A program made the position numbers and the translations under genes. Below, one piece after another: positions 20,085 to 30,624 of a DNA stretch of 47,707 nucleotides. Positions within the stretch are counted from its first letter, which is position 1. Every line of letters starts with the position of its first letter. Source of the DNA: an uncultured Bacteroidota bacterium (lineage in GTDB: Bacteria; Bacteroidota; Bacteroidia; AKYH767-A; JABDAW01); assembly GCA_903911135.1 (NCBI GenBank), contig CAIWCG010000178.1, forward strand, positions 1 through 47,707, read 5' to 3'. The notes beneath the pieces were generated by a model. The model ran no database searches. It was not told the origin of the DNA and was given only the letters and a program-made list of their open reading frames with translations.

Positions 20085-21458
20085 TCATAAATACGATCCA
20101 AGGAAATCTCGATACCACTTGCCAGACTCCTTGATTATTCTCTCTTGTGTTTTAAAATCCACATAAACCATTCCGAATCGCTGACGATACCCTTCAGCCC
20201 ATTCAAAATTATCAGTAAGCGACCAAACAAAATATCCTGAAATGGAATATCCATCCTGTTTCGCTTGTAGTACCTGTTCCATGTGTAATTGCAAATAATG
20301 TTTTCTGTCCTTATCATCCACCAACGTGCCAATTAGTTCATCTGGAAACGATGCCCCATTTTCTGTAATGATTAGCTTTTTAATTCCTTTGTAGCCATTA
20401 TATTTTTTAATCATCTCATACATTGCCTCTGGATAAACCTCCCAATTCATCAAGGTATGATACACTTTTCGCTTATCTGCGGGCACCAGTTTGGCTTTCA
20501 AAAATGGGATAAAGAAACTATGTTTTACCACTTCGCGAGTATAGTTTTGAATGCCTATGAAATCAAAATCAGCTTTCATCAATTCCTCGTCACCCTTATG
20601 CATGTATTTTTTGATTTTTTTCAAAAAAGGTATTTCATCTATGGGATATCCAAGGCCAAGAGAAGGTTCTAAAAAGCAATTGTTCAGCAAGGCATCGATT
20701 CTCTTTGCAGCACTTTTATCTTTTTCAGAATTGGAATACGGAGTGATATAAGAGCCTGAAAAGGTGGAACCCACTTCTGCATCCGGTTGTATTTTCTTAA
20801 TTGTTTTAAAACCGATTCCCTGGCACAATACCGCATGATGCATGGCTGCAAGAAAGTTGGAGAAACCTTTTCTGCCTGGGGCATGAACTCCGAGATAATA
20901 TCCGGCACCAGTGAATCCCAAAGGTTCATTGAGTACCATCCAGTACTTTACTTTATCCTTAAATGCATTCACGCAAACTTCTACATATTCCTTAAACCAA
21001 TGAATGATATCCCTATTCGTCCAACCACCTTTCTTTTCAAGGGCAAGAGGTAAATCCCAATGATATAAGGTAATCCATGGCACTATGCCCAATTCCAGAC
21101 AATAATCAATGACCTTATGATAAAATTCCAATCCTTTTTCGTTAATGGCTCCTACGCCTTCAGGTAAAATCCTTGACCATGAAAAGGAGAACCTGAAATT
21201 TGGAATTCCCAATTCCTTAATCAATTCGATATCCCTTCGATAGTCCTTATAAAAGTCACAGGCAACTTCATGGGTATCATTATTATGAATTTTATTTTTC
21301 TTTGAAGTGAACTCATCCCAGATCGATAATCCCTTCCCATCGATATTTATTGAACCTTCCGTCTGAAGCGCAGAAGTGGAAATGCCCCAAACGAAATCTT
21401 GGCCAAAATCCTCTTTGGTAAAAGCAATGGGAAGGTCTGAATGATTCTTTTTATGCAT
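20085..21458 (-). CDS. Glycoside hydrolase family 1 beta-glucosidase
   Basis: FRFSFSWSRI, TLYHWDLP, catalytic NEP and TENG motifs, DNFEWAEG. Confidence 0.93.
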   Translation of the reverse strand: MHKKNHSDLPIAFTKEDFGQDFVWGISTSALQTEGSINIDGKGLSIWDEFTSKKNKIHNNDTHEVACDFYKDYRRDIELIKELGIPNFRFSFSWSRILPEGVGAINEKGLEFYHKVIDYCLELGIVPWITLYHWDLPLALEKKGGWTNRDIIHWFKEYVEVCVNAFKDKVKYWMVLNEPLGFTGAGYYLGVHAPGRKGFSNFLAAMHHAVLCQGIGFKTIKKIQPDAEVGSTFSGSYITPYSNSEKDKSAAKRIDALLNNCFLEPSLGLGYPIDEIPFLKKIKKYMHKGDEELMKADFDFIGIQNYTREVVKHSFFIPFLKAKLVPADKRKVYHTLMNWEVYPEAMYEMIKKYNGYKGIKKLIITENGASFPDELIGTLVDDKDRKHYLQLHMEQVLQAKQDGYSISGYFVWSLTDNFEWAEGYRQRFGMVYVDFKTQERIIKESGKWYRDFLGSYL

Positions 21459-21509
21459 CCTGTTTTGACAATAATGTAAAAGCGAAGCTGATGAAAATGT
21501 TTGAAAGGA

Positions 21510-22553
21510 TTATTTATGAAATAGGTTGTAGTGCTGTGATTCAAATTCGGTATCCAACAACTTTTTTCCAGCATGGTTTTCTATAATAGTATCTACTATC
21601 TCATTAGTCTGATCGGGATAATCCACCTCCACGATATTTGTGTCATTTAGCCAATCTTCCAATTTATCATGATACTTTTCTTTTAGTTTTTTCATGACTG
21701 GAACTCCCATACTTTTTAGCATCGCTGCATTGCAATGTTGTTCATATTGAGTTTTCATAGGGATTACCAATAACTTTTTCTTCAAGAACAAGGCCTCACT
21801 TGCAGTACCGAAGCCCGCATTGCAAAGAACACCCTTTGAGGAAGCCATGCTTTTCAGAAACATATCCTTGTCAATTGGAAGTATGGTGATGTTCTGGAAT
21901 TTATAATTCTCCGTATAATGCTTGCTGAACACCACCCAATTGATATCCTTGAACTTTCGCAGATTCTTTATGATTCGTTCATCATCATAAGAGGGCAAAT
22001 AAACGGTATAATGCCCTTGATTGGTAGGTTTCAGCTTTCTCACTTCCTTGCGGATTATGGGTGTATAAATATTCTTATCGAGACTTTTAAAATGAAAGCC
22101 ATAGTTGTAGTTTGTTGGAGCATAATTGCGCAGGATTATTTTTCCCAATACATCCTTCTTTTTGGTTTCAGGTGCCAGAGGGTGTAGTGTCGCCACCTGA
22201 TTACTCAAACCGATGCAGGGCTTTTTCGCTTTTATGCAAGCCCATGATGTAACTGGTTCAAAATCGCTGATGATAAGGTCATATTGTTCCACATCCAGCG
22301 ACTTGATTTCTTTGTACAATTTCCTCGAATTTATTTTCCAATACGTTCTCCATAAATCCAATCCACCTTGCTTTCCAAAGATAAAGGAAAGTCCCCTGAA
22401 TTTGTATTTAACATCAAAAGGCAATTCAATATCATTCTGGATACCGCTAATGAGAATATCCAAATCTCCCTTTTTCTGAAGATAGGGAATTATTTCCATC
22501 GCCCTTGTGATATGGCCATTTCCGGTGCCTTGCACCCCATAAAGTATCTTCAT
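21510..22553 (-). CDS. GT-B glycosyltransferase (MJ1255/VC2487-like)
   Basis: MKILYGVQGTGNGHITRA, ISDFEP, NAGF...SEAL, QYEQ..NA. Confidence 0.88.
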   Translation of the reverse strand: MKILYGVQGTGNGHITRAMEIIPYLQKKGDLDILISGIQNDIELPFDVKYKFRGLSFIFGKQGGLDLWRTYWKINSRKLYKEIKSLDVEQYDLIISDFEPVTSWACIKAKKPCIGLSNQVATLHPLAPETKKKDVLGKIILRNYAPTNYNYGFHFKSLDKNIYTPIIRKEVRKLKPTNQGHYTVYLPSYDDERIIKNLRKFKDINWVVFSKHYTENYKFQNITILPIDKDMFLKSMASSKGVLCNAGFGTASEALFLKKKLLVIPMKTQYEQHCNAAMLKSMGVPVMKKLKEKYHDKLEDWLNDTNIVEVDYPDQTNEIVDTIIENHAGKKLLDTEFESQHYNLFHK

Positions 22554-23428
22554 GATAAATCAAAAGTTTTATTACCCACTATTTTAAATTCACCAAGCAT
22601 CTGTTTGAAAATTTCATCATCCGACATCATCACCAAACCTTCCTCCTCTTCCTGTTCGCTCTCCTTAAAGTCATTTTCATTATATCTGAACAAAGTCCAT
22701 TTGCCATTCAAATATTCCAAAGCTGTGAGGTTCTCTATCCAATCGCCAGAGTTTAGATATTCTACCTGCCCTTTCTCCGTTTTTATGGTTTTCATTTCCG
22801 GATGGTGGATATGTCCGCATAATACATAATCATAACCATTCTCTATGGCTATATCCGCTGTGGTAGTTTCGAAATCATTCAAGAATTTCACTGCCGACTT
22901 CACGCTATTCTTTATAGTTTTCGATAAGGATATCTTCCCTCTCCCCATCTTAACCGAAATCCAATTGCAAAGGGTATTGATAAGAATCAATAGGTCGTAA
23001 CCATGCGAACCAAGCTTGGTAAGCCATTTCGAATGCTTCATTGTTACATCAAAAACATCACCATGAAATATCCAAGTCTTCTTGCCATCCAAGTCCAACA
23101 GCAATTTATTGTCTATTACCAACGAACCCATCTTGAAACCTGCAAATTTCCGAAGCATCTCATCATGATTTCCTGTGATATAATAAACCTTGGTTCCTTT
23201 GCTGATCCATTTTATCAGAATTTGAATGACACCCATGTGCGATTTCGGCCAGTAGCGTTTCCTGAACTGCCACATGTCTATGATATCGCCATTGAGAATC
23301 ACCATCTTGGGCCTTACGCTTTTCAGGTATTTCATCAGTTCTATGGCATGGCAGCCATAAGTCCCCAAATGAATATCCGATAGCACCAGAATATCCACTC
23401 TCCTTTTCTTTTTTTTAGTCTTTTCCAT
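22550..23428 (-). CDS. UDP-2,3-diacylglucosamine diphosphatase-like metallophosphoesterase (LpxH/LpxH2 family)
   Basis: SDIHLG, NGDIID, GNHD, HGD, CGHIH, NSGDWIE; ATGA overlap with the GT gene. Confidence 0.88.
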   Translation of the reverse strand: MEKTKKKKRRVDILVLSDIHLGTYGCHAIELMKYLKSVRPKMVILNGDIIDMWQFRKRYWPKSHMGVIQILIKWISKGTKVYYITGNHDEMLRKFAGFKMGSLVIDNKLLLDLDGKKTWIFHGDVFDVTMKHSKWLTKLGSHGYDLLILINTLCNWISVKMGRGKISLSKTIKNSVKSAVKFLNDFETTTADIAIENGYDYVLCGHIHHPEMKTIKTEKGQVEYLNSGDWIENLTALEYLNGKWTLFRYNENDFKESEQEEEEGLVMMSDDEIFKQMLGEFKIVGNKTFDLS

Positions 23429-23657
23429 AAAATAATCTTATTGGTAATTGTTCCATAGTGTATGCTGAATCGTCATTCCTGATCGGGTAATCTATCTTGT
23501 CCACACAAAACCATTCCATACTCTTAAATTCTTTGCTATCAATGTCATTCTGTAAGGAGACATTAAGGGTGGAGGATGCTTTGATGAACTGCCGAGTGGT
23601 TTTTATATGTGTTAGCGTATTTATCAAAATTATCCAATGCAAAAATACCCCTGCCAT
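23415..23657 (-). CDS. Possible small hypothetical protein
   Basis: 80-aa ORF overlapping the start of the LpxH-like gene; no motif. Confidence 0.25.
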   Translation of the reverse strand: MAGVFLHWIILINTLTHIKTTRQFIKASSTLNVSLQNDIDSKEFKSMEWFCVDKIDYPIRNDDSAYTMEQLPIRLFYGKD

Positions 23658-23822
23658 CGAAAGAAATGATTAAGCCAATGTAAATTTTATGTTAACGATG
23701 ATATGGATGATGAAATATTTCGTTCGTAGGGTCAGGGTCAAAAAGAAAAACAAGAAATTTCATGGGACCATTAATGTTCATACTTTTTACTGGCCTGACA
23801 AGTAGGTTAAGCAACTCTCCCA

Positions 23823-24581
23823 CTACCTCCACCGTTTATACCAAGGTTTCTTGACAACGGTAATACCCACCTTTAGCATCAATTTGATGAATTCATAAGA
23901 TGTTATCGCACTGTATGCTAGCGTTGAGCCATCATTTATGTTGTGTGTTACTATCAACATGCCTATGAATTCTTTGGTTTTTGCACTGAAAACTGGGGAT
24001 CCGGCTTCCCGTTCAGGTTTCCCTTCAAAATGAATCGTTAAAGTCATGGTTCTATTCTTAGGATCCAAAATTTCAGGCTTATCGTAATTGCCCTCCGAAT
24101 TTTCAGATACAAATTGAGCGAGATGGTTAATGCCGCCCATGCCGTGATTGGTGCAATAATATTTCTCCAAGTTATGAGAACGGATGTTCAGCGTCCTGTT
24201 TTCCCAAGAATATCTCAAAGATACATTGTCCAGCGCATCCTTCAAACTTTCACAGTAAACGATTTCATTCAAATGCTTATAGTCCTTGCAACACTGAACC
24301 GGAGCTATGTCATACGACTGGCTTAAAACAATGAATGTGATGCCTACCTCCTGATATTCATAGATGTTTTCTGCCGTGAAAGGAATGCTGAAACCGTTTA
24401 TCAAGATGAAACATTTGCAATATTTCAAGTTATTTTCCGGCTTTATCGATAGTGCGTTTACACCCTGATGGGCACAAGCAATGATGTTTTTGGTCACAAA
24501 AAAGCATTCCGAAAGCGAAGTTACCATAGGCTCCCTTTCACCTATCGCCTTATAGCTAAGTTTTAAAATCAGCCCTGTCAT
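23823..24581 (-). CDS. Hypothetical protein, degenerate trypsin-like fold
   Basis: IACAH (TxxH-like) and EAGSPVF...FIGM (GxSGSPV-like, lacking the Ser); C-terminal KKPWYKRW. Confidence 0.55.
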   Translation of the reverse strand: MTGLILKLSYKAIGEREPMVTSLSECFFVTKNIIACAHQGVNALSIKPENNLKYCKCFILINGFSIPFTAENIYEYQEVGITFIVLSQSYDIAPVQCCKDYKHLNEIVYCESLKDALDNVSLRYSWENRTLNIRSHNLEKYYCTNHGMGGINHLAQFVSENSEGNYDKPEILDPKNRTMTLTIHFEGKPEREAGSPVFSAKTKEFIGMLIVTHNINDGSTLAYSAITSYEFIKLMLKVGITVVKKPWYKRWR

Positions 24582-24886
24582 GACGTGACTTCCTTTCGTA
24601 TCAAAAACAGGATATCATAAACCATTCTTTGCTTGACCGTTAAGCCTTCTACATGCAGAAAATTCGCTTCCATAATTAGGTATCTTTTTTAACCCTGCAT
24701 AATTACATTAATTGCGGGAGGTTTAGGTAATAATCTTGAATCTGTATCCATTTATTCCAGATGTGACTCATAGTCCGTTGTGAGATGAGTAAGGTGGGGG
24801 TGATTTTTATTAATTAAATTATGTGTAATTTTCCGCACCAGAATTTGAAGACCTCTTTGAATAAATAGATATTGATAAATGTTTAA

Positions 24887-25279
24887 TTGAGAATGATAAA
24901 TGTCGCATGTGCCATCATATTAAAGGATAATAAGTTTTTAGTTACTCAAAGAAGTGAATATATGAATCTGCCTTTAAAATGGGAATTCCCAGGAGGCAAA
25001 ATTGAGAAGGAAGAAACGGCTGAAGTTTGTTTGATGAGGGAACTAAAAGAGGAATTAAATATTGAAGTTGCCATTATTAAAAAACTCAACAATAATATTC
25101 ATGACTATGGTAATGTGGTGATAAATTTAATTCCATTTGTTGTGGAGTACATTTTAGGTGAAATAGTTTTATCCGAACATGCCTCATATCAATTACTGGA
25201 AAAAGATCAATTGCATTATTTGGATTGGGCAGAAGCTGATTTACCAATTTTAAAAGAATTAATTAACTCAAATATATGA
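24887..25279 (+). CDS. Nudix hydrolase (MutT-like dNTP pyrophosphohydrolase)
   Basis: WEFPGGKIEKEETAEVCLMRELKEEL Nudix box; ATGA overlap with the next gene. Confidence 0.92.
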   Translation: MRMINVACAIILKDNKFLVTQRSEYMNLPLKWEFPGGKIEKEETAEVCLMRELKEELNIEVAIIKKLNNNIHDYGNVVINLIPFVVEYILGEIVLSEHASYQLLEKDQLHYLDWAEADLPILKELINSNI

Positions 25280-28200
25280 ACCAAGGAATTTATGAGGAGT
25301 TAGTAACACAATTAGTTGCTACAAAATTAAATGAAATTGATAGGTCCAAATTTTATATCAAAGAAGTTAAAATTGATAAAGAAGAAGCCTCAAATATCCT
25401 TTCACAGCATTTGTCAAAAACAATAAAATATGCTCTATCAATTATTAAAGGTGACGACATAATAGAGCGTCAAATTGAAATTGCAAATAAAATTATCAAA
25501 TTATTAAAAGAGGAATTAAACCAAGTAGATTTTGATGATGATTTGGTAAGCATCGAAGGGAAAATACTAAAAGCGGTTTTCGAAAAAACAGATGCACATT
25601 TTTCCGATTTGGATTTGCATCTTAAAGAAATTACACCTTATACTAGACTAACCCATAGTGAATTATTTACAGGAGGGAACGTTGGCTTATCATTAGAAAG
25701 TGAATTAAAAAAAGAAATCCTATCATCAAACAGGATAGATTTATTGGTTTCATTTATAAAATGGAAGGGAGTTGTAATCCTTAAAAGTGAATTGGAAGAG
25801 TTTACAAAAAGAGGAGGGAAATTACGAGTTATTACAACGACATATATGGGTGCTTCGGATTACAAAGCTATCCTTGAATTATCAAAACTTGAAAATACCG
25901 AAGTGAAAATATCTTATAACAATGGAAATGAAAGGTTGCATGCAAAAGCATATTTATTTCATAGAAATACAGGTTATCATACAGGATATATAGGCTCGTC
26001 AAACTTTTCAAGGTCTGCCCTTACAGATGGATTGGAATGGAACATTAAAATAACAACCAATGAAGTAAGCCATATTATTGATAAGTTTCAAAAAACATTT
26101 GATGCTTATTGGTTGAATAAGGAGTTCGAATTATTTGATGAAATAAAAGATTCAGAAAAACTATTAGATGCACTTAAACAAAGTAAACTTTCAAAAAGTC
26201 AAAACAACACACTGGCATTTTTTGATTTGACACCACACCAATATCAAAAGGAAATTTTAGAAAAGTTAGACGTTGAAAGAAACGTACATGGAAGATATAG
26301 AAACTTAATAGTTGCTGCAACTGGAATGGGAAAAACCATTATTTCTGCCTTCGATTACAAGAATTTTCGACAAAAAAACAAATCATCAAAATTGTTATTT
26401 GTTGCACATCGAAAAGAAATTCTAACTCAATCAATGGCAACCTTTCAAGGAGTTTTAAAAGATAATAATTTTGGAGAATTATGGGTTGATGGTATTGTTC
26501 CTTCAAATTATGAATTTGTTTTCGCATCGGTTCAAACACTAAATAATAAGATTAAAGATTTATCACTTTCTCCAGAGTATTATGACTATATTATAATTGA
26601 TGAAGTGCATCATATTAAAGCTGCAAGTTATAGACCAATTATAAACTATTTTAAACCTAAAATACTTCTTGGATTAACAGCTACTCCAGAAAGGATGGAT
26701 GGAGGCGATATACTAGAAGATTTCTGCAATAAAATTGCTGCAGAAATCAGATTGCCTGAAGCATTAAATGGAAAACATTTATGCCCTTTTCAATATTTCG
26801 GAATATCTGATAGTATTGATTTATCAAATGTAGGTTGGGAGAAAGGCAGATATGTTGCAAGTGAATTAACAAAGTTGTATACATCAAATGATAGAAGGGT
26901 TAATGAAATCATTTTCAACTTAAATAAATATACTAAAGATATTAACGATTTAAGAGCACTATGCTTTTGCGTATCTATTGAACATGCGAAGTTTATGGCA
27001 GAAAAGTTTTCATTAGCTGGTTTAAAAGCAAATTGTTTGACTTCAGAAAACGATGTGGAACGCGAAGCTTTAAGAAAACAATTACAAATTAAAGAAATCA
27101 ACTATTTATTTGTTGTTGACATTTTTAATGAAGGAGTTGACATTCCTGAAATTGATACGGTTTTATTTTTACGCCCCACTGAAAGTCTAACCGTTTTCTT
27201 GCAACAACTTGGACGAGGATTAAGATTAGCTGAAGGCAAAGAAAACTTAACTGTTTTAGACTTTGTTGGGAATGCAAGACCAGAATACAATTTTGAGAAT
27301 AAATTTAGAGCATTAATTGGCAAAACAACGACCACAGTTCAGAAAGAGTTAGAGGATAATTTTCCTCATTTGCCATTGGGTTGTTCAATAATTTTAGAAC
27401 AAAAAGCAAAAGAAATAATATTGAAGAATATTATTTCTGCTACTACATTTAATAGAAACCAAATTATACAAAAAATTAGAAACTTTGAAAGCCAAACAAC
27501 CTTACCTCTCACTCTATATAATTTTTCTTCATTCTATAATATACCAATTCAAACAATTTACAGTAAATATAGAAAAGATAGTTGGAATAGGCTTCTGCAA
27601 TTAGCCGGTAAAATTGAAGCTTTTGAAAGCACTAATGAAAATCAAATTGTTTCAGCCATTCGTAATAAATGGCTTTCTACAAATTCATCTAGCTATTTCA
27701 ATTTTCTATTGAGAATTGCAAAGCAAAACTTTATTGTTGAATTAGAAAACTTTACAGAAGACGAAAAAACTATGCTTCTAATGCTTCATTATGATGTTTG
27801 GCAGAATGCAGGAGGTTTTCCAACATTAGAAGAAAGCATAAAGGAAATTGGGAGGAATAGCATTTTAGTTCAAGAGATCATTGAAGTATTACAAATTTTA
27901 TGTGATAAAATTAATTTCAAAGAAATTCATATTGAATTACCATTCAGCCAACCATTAAAACTACATGCGAGATATACAAGAGACCAAATATTAACAGCTT
28001 TCAAATTGAATACATTTGAGAATAAATCTTCTAATCGAGAAGGAGTTGCAGAAAATAAGAAAATAAATGTTGAAATGCTTTTTATTGACCTTATCAAATC
28101 AGAAGAAGATTATTCACCTACAACTATGTATGAAGACTATGCAATAAGCGATTTGCTGTTTCATTGGCAAAGCCAAAACTCCGCAAGGCCAGACAAAGGA

Positions 28201-28425
28201 AAAGGATTGTCCTATATTAACCATCTTGAGAATAATAAAATAATCCTGTTATTTGTTCGAGAAAAAGCAAATGATGAATTTGGAAGCACTATGGGTTATG
28301 TATTTATTGGAAATGCTAAAATTAAAGATTATCATGGATCAAAACCTATGAGTATAAATTGGGAATTAAATGAACCTATGCCACCTTATCTTTGGAAAGA
28401 TTCTGCGAAATTAGCTATAGGTTAA
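25276..28425 (+). CDS. PLD nuclease-SF2 helicase-DUF3427 protein (SauUSI-like type IV restriction enzyme)
   Basis: LHAK...GSSNFS...LEWN (PLD), AATGMGKT, DEVH, TATPER, QQLGRGLR, C-terminal Y.DY...FHWQSQN. Confidence 0.87.
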   Translation: MNQGIYEELVTQLVATKLNEIDRSKFYIKEVKIDKEEASNILSQHLSKTIKYALSIIKGDDIIERQIEIANKIIKLLKEELNQVDFDDDLVSIEGKILKAVFEKTDAHFSDLDLHLKEITPYTRLTHSELFTGGNVGLSLESELKKEILSSNRIDLLVSFIKWKGVVILKSELEEFTKRGGKLRVITTTYMGASDYKAILELSKLENTEVKISYNNGNERLHAKAYLFHRNTGYHTGYIGSSNFSRSALTDGLEWNIKITTNEVSHIIDKFQKTFDAYWLNKEFELFDEIKDSEKLLDALKQSKLSKSQNNTLAFFDLTPHQYQKEILEKLDVERNVHGRYRNLIVAATGMGKTIISAFDYKNFRQKNKSSKLLFVAHRKEILTQSMATFQGVLKDNNFGELWVDGIVPSNYEFVFASVQTLNNKIKDLSLSPEYYDYIIIDEVHHIKAASYRPIINYFKPKILLGLTATPERMDGGDILEDFCNKIAAEIRLPEALNGKHLCPFQYFGISDSIDLSNVGWEKGRYVASELTKLYTSNDRRVNEIIFNLNKYTKDINDLRALCFCVSIEHAKFMAEKFSLAGLKANCLTSENDVEREALRKQLQIKEINYLFVVDIFNEGVDIPEIDTVLFLRPTESLTVFLQQLGRGLRLAEGKENLTVLDFVGNARPEYNFENKFRALIGKTTTTVQKELEDNFPHLPLGCSIILEQKAKEIILKNIISATTFNRNQIIQKIRNFESQTTLPLTLYNFSSFYNIPIQTIYSKYRKDSWNRLLQLAGKIEAFESTNENQIVSAIRNKWLSTNSSSYFNFLLRIAKQNFIVELENFTEDEKTMLLMLHYDVWQNAGGFPTLEESIKEIGRNSILVQEIIEVLQILCDKINFKEIHIELPFSQPLKLHARYTRDQILTAFKLNTFENKSSNREGVAENKKINVEMLFIDLIKSEEDYSPTTMYEDYAISDLLFHWQSQNSARPDKGKGLSYINHLENNKIILLFVREKANDEFGSTMGYVFIGNAKIKDYHGSKPMSINWELNEPMPPYLWKDSAKLAIG

Positions 28426-28500
28426 ATAAAACCAGCTGCGAAGGATATGAAATCATTCGCCTACTCAATTGGATTTAAATTCTAATCAGTACCATTCCAC

Positions 28501-28552
28501 AACCTTCTTTTATTATCCTATGTTTGCATAGCTGAAAAGGGAGTAGGCATTT
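28501..28552 (+). promoter_or_regulatory. Shared promoter/leader, copy 1
   Basis: AACCTTCTTTTATTATCCTATGTTTGCATAGCTGAAAAGGGAGTAGGCATTT with TAnnTTTG box. Confidence 0.85.
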
Positions 28553-28580
28553 TACGATTATAAAAATAAACAAATAGAAT

Positions 28581-29186
28581 ATGCCTAAATGTATTGAATG
28601 CAGCAACATGACAACTTATGAAAATTGGCTTTGTTATTCTTGCTATCAAAAGAAACAAAAAAGTCATGTTTACACAGATAATCATCCTAGTGGGCTAAGT
28701 TACAATGATTGGATATTTCATTATAACATGATTAAAGGAAGGATTGCGGAAACTTTGATTCAGGAATTATTCCTACAACTGAAATTTAATGTGTATCGTT
28801 ATGGCATGGAAAATACCATTCCAGGAATAATGGAACTGCTTAGACATGATAATTCTTCTGTTGCAAGTTCCATTAGAAGCATGCCTGATTTTGTGATTCA
28901 AAATTCAACATCAAAAGAGATACGACTTTTAGAAGTGAAGTTTCGAGCAAATGGCTCTTTCAAAATCAATGAGTTGATAAAAAACTATCCTTGGGAGGAT
29001 GCGTATATAATCTTAGTTTCGAAGGTGAGCATCAAATGCATTACCTATAAGGAACTGAAAGAAGGAGGCGAGATAACTGCAACATCTGACAATCATCTTT
29101 ATGACCGCATTGAATTCAGTAACGATAAAGCGGTAATAATTGAATTTTGCAACTTTGCTACGAGATTCTTTGCTTGTGTAAATTAA
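28581..29186 (+). CDS. N-terminal Zn-finger plus PD-(D/E)XK nuclease-like protein
   Basis: CIEC...CYSC; KGRIAE; PDFVI...LLEVKFR. Confidence 0.7.
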   Translation: MPKCIECSNMTTYENWLCYSCYQKKQKSHVYTDNHPSGLSYNDWIFHYNMIKGRIAETLIQELFLQLKFNVYRYGMENTIPGIMELLRHDNSSVASSIRSMPDFVIQNSTSKEIRLLEVKFRANGSFKINELIKNYPWEDAYIILVSKVSIKCITYKELKEGGEITATSDNHLYDRIEFSNDKAVIIEFCNFATRFFACVN

Positions 29187-29261
29187 CACTGAACCTTTAT
29201 AGATTTTGCCTATGGATTATGGATTAAAATTTCTTGAGCCTTTGAAAAGTGAGCATTCATT

Positions 29262-29313
29262 AACCTTCTTTTATTATCCTATGTTTGCATAGCTGAAAAT
29301 GAAGTAGGCATTT
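29262..29313 (+). promoter_or_regulatory. Shared promoter/leader, copy 2
   Basis: AACCTTCTTTTATTATCCTATGTTTGCATAGCTGAAAATGAAGTAGGCATTT, 50/52 identical to copy 1. Confidence 0.85.
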
Positions 29314-29327
29314 ATATATAGAATGAA

Positions 29328-30596
29328 ATGAAAAAATTTAAAAGCGAAGAAGCAATAAGAAAAGCAATAGAGAAAAATCCTATGGATGCTGAATTATATT
29401 TTCAGCTTGGGGTATGGATATTTGAGAACGGCAAAGCACTGGACATAAATTATAGGCATAGAGCCATGGATGAATTCGATAAGGCCAAAGCCATCAATCC
29501 ACAAGAGGGGAAGTATCATTTTCATTATGGGCTATGTTCGATTGATATGGGAAACCCGGAAGCTACCACGAATGCGAGTTTCAATAAGGCCATCCATCTT
29601 GGATATAAGGTGGAGGAATGCAAGAGGCTGATGGCGGAAGCAAAAACAAAATATGATGCGGAGTATAAAAAGGCGCATGAGGACTATTTGGATAGGCTGG
29701 AAAAGGAAGTTGACGGCGCACATAAATTTGGTCAACTGGGTTCTCATTATTACTGGAAAGATAAAAAGAAGGCGATTGCTTTATTGGAGAGGGCCTTGGA
29801 ATTTGATCCTAATGATGGCAACGCAAATGTTTTGTTGGGCAGATATTATGGCGAACAGGGGGATATGGAAAAAGCATTGGAACATTTCAAAAGGGCGGGG
29901 GCTGATTCTCTTAAATATGGTTCTGGCTATCGTGATAACCACTATGATGAAATGGCCAGCATTTATGAGAAGAAGGAGGATTGGGAAAATGCCTTGATAT
30001 GGCGAAAGAAGGGGTATGAATTGTATCCTGATGAAATTTGGAATGCGCAGCAATATGGCATTCATTTATATAAATTTGAAAAGCAGGAAGAGGCTTTGGC
30101 TGTTTTCATGAAAATTCTTGAGATGAATCCTGAAGGCAGCAATACGTTTGTTTATACCCATCTTGCCTCGTACCACTCGAACAAAGGAGACATAGAAACC
30201 ACTTTGAAATACCTGCATGAGGGTTTGAAGTACAATGCTCAAAATTGGTTCTTTCATTTTAATCTGGGGCATATCCATGAATATACGAAGCAATATGATT
30301 TGGCAGAAAAGTTTTTTCTGAATGCTGTAGTTTATCGGTTGGATGATGATGCAGCCTATATTCGACTTGGGAAAATGAATTTGAGGGAAGATTATTTTGA
30401 CATAAAGAAAAGCAGGGATTATTTTGTGAAAGCTTTGGAAATAAATTCTTTAAATATAATTGCACATGAAAAGTTGAGTGAGATCTATATGGAACTAAAT
30501 GAACCAACAAAAGCCAAATATCATCAATCGAAAACGCAAGAGCTGCGAATTCAGGAATTATACCCTAACCCCAACAGCAAGGATTTTCTTGCCTAA
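29328..30596 (+). CDS. Tetratricopeptide repeat protein
   Basis: Repeated LG..Y...G...KA...F.RA and ALE.DP/NP patterns; no signal peptide. Confidence 0.88.
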   Translation: MKKFKSEEAIRKAIEKNPMDAELYFQLGVWIFENGKALDINYRHRAMDEFDKAKAINPQEGKYHFHYGLCSIDMGNPEATTNASFNKAIHLGYKVEECKRLMAEAKTKYDAEYKKAHEDYLDRLEKEVDGAHKFGQLGSHYYWKDKKKAIALLERALEFDPNDGNANVLLGRYYGEQGDMEKALEHFKRAGADSLKYGSGYRDNHYDEMASIYEKKEDWENALIWRKKGYELYPDEIWNAQQYGIHLYKFEKQEEALAVFMKILEMNPEGSNTFVYTHLASYHSNKGDIETTLKYLHEGLKYNAQNWFFHFNLGHIHEYTKQYDLAEKFFLNAVVYRLDDDAAYIRLGKMNLREDYFDIKKSRDYFVKALEINSLNIIAHEKLSEIYMELNEPTKAKYHQSKTQELRIQELYPNPNSKDFLA

Positions 30597-30624
30597 TATG
30601 GCGAACACGCCACCATTCTCCACA

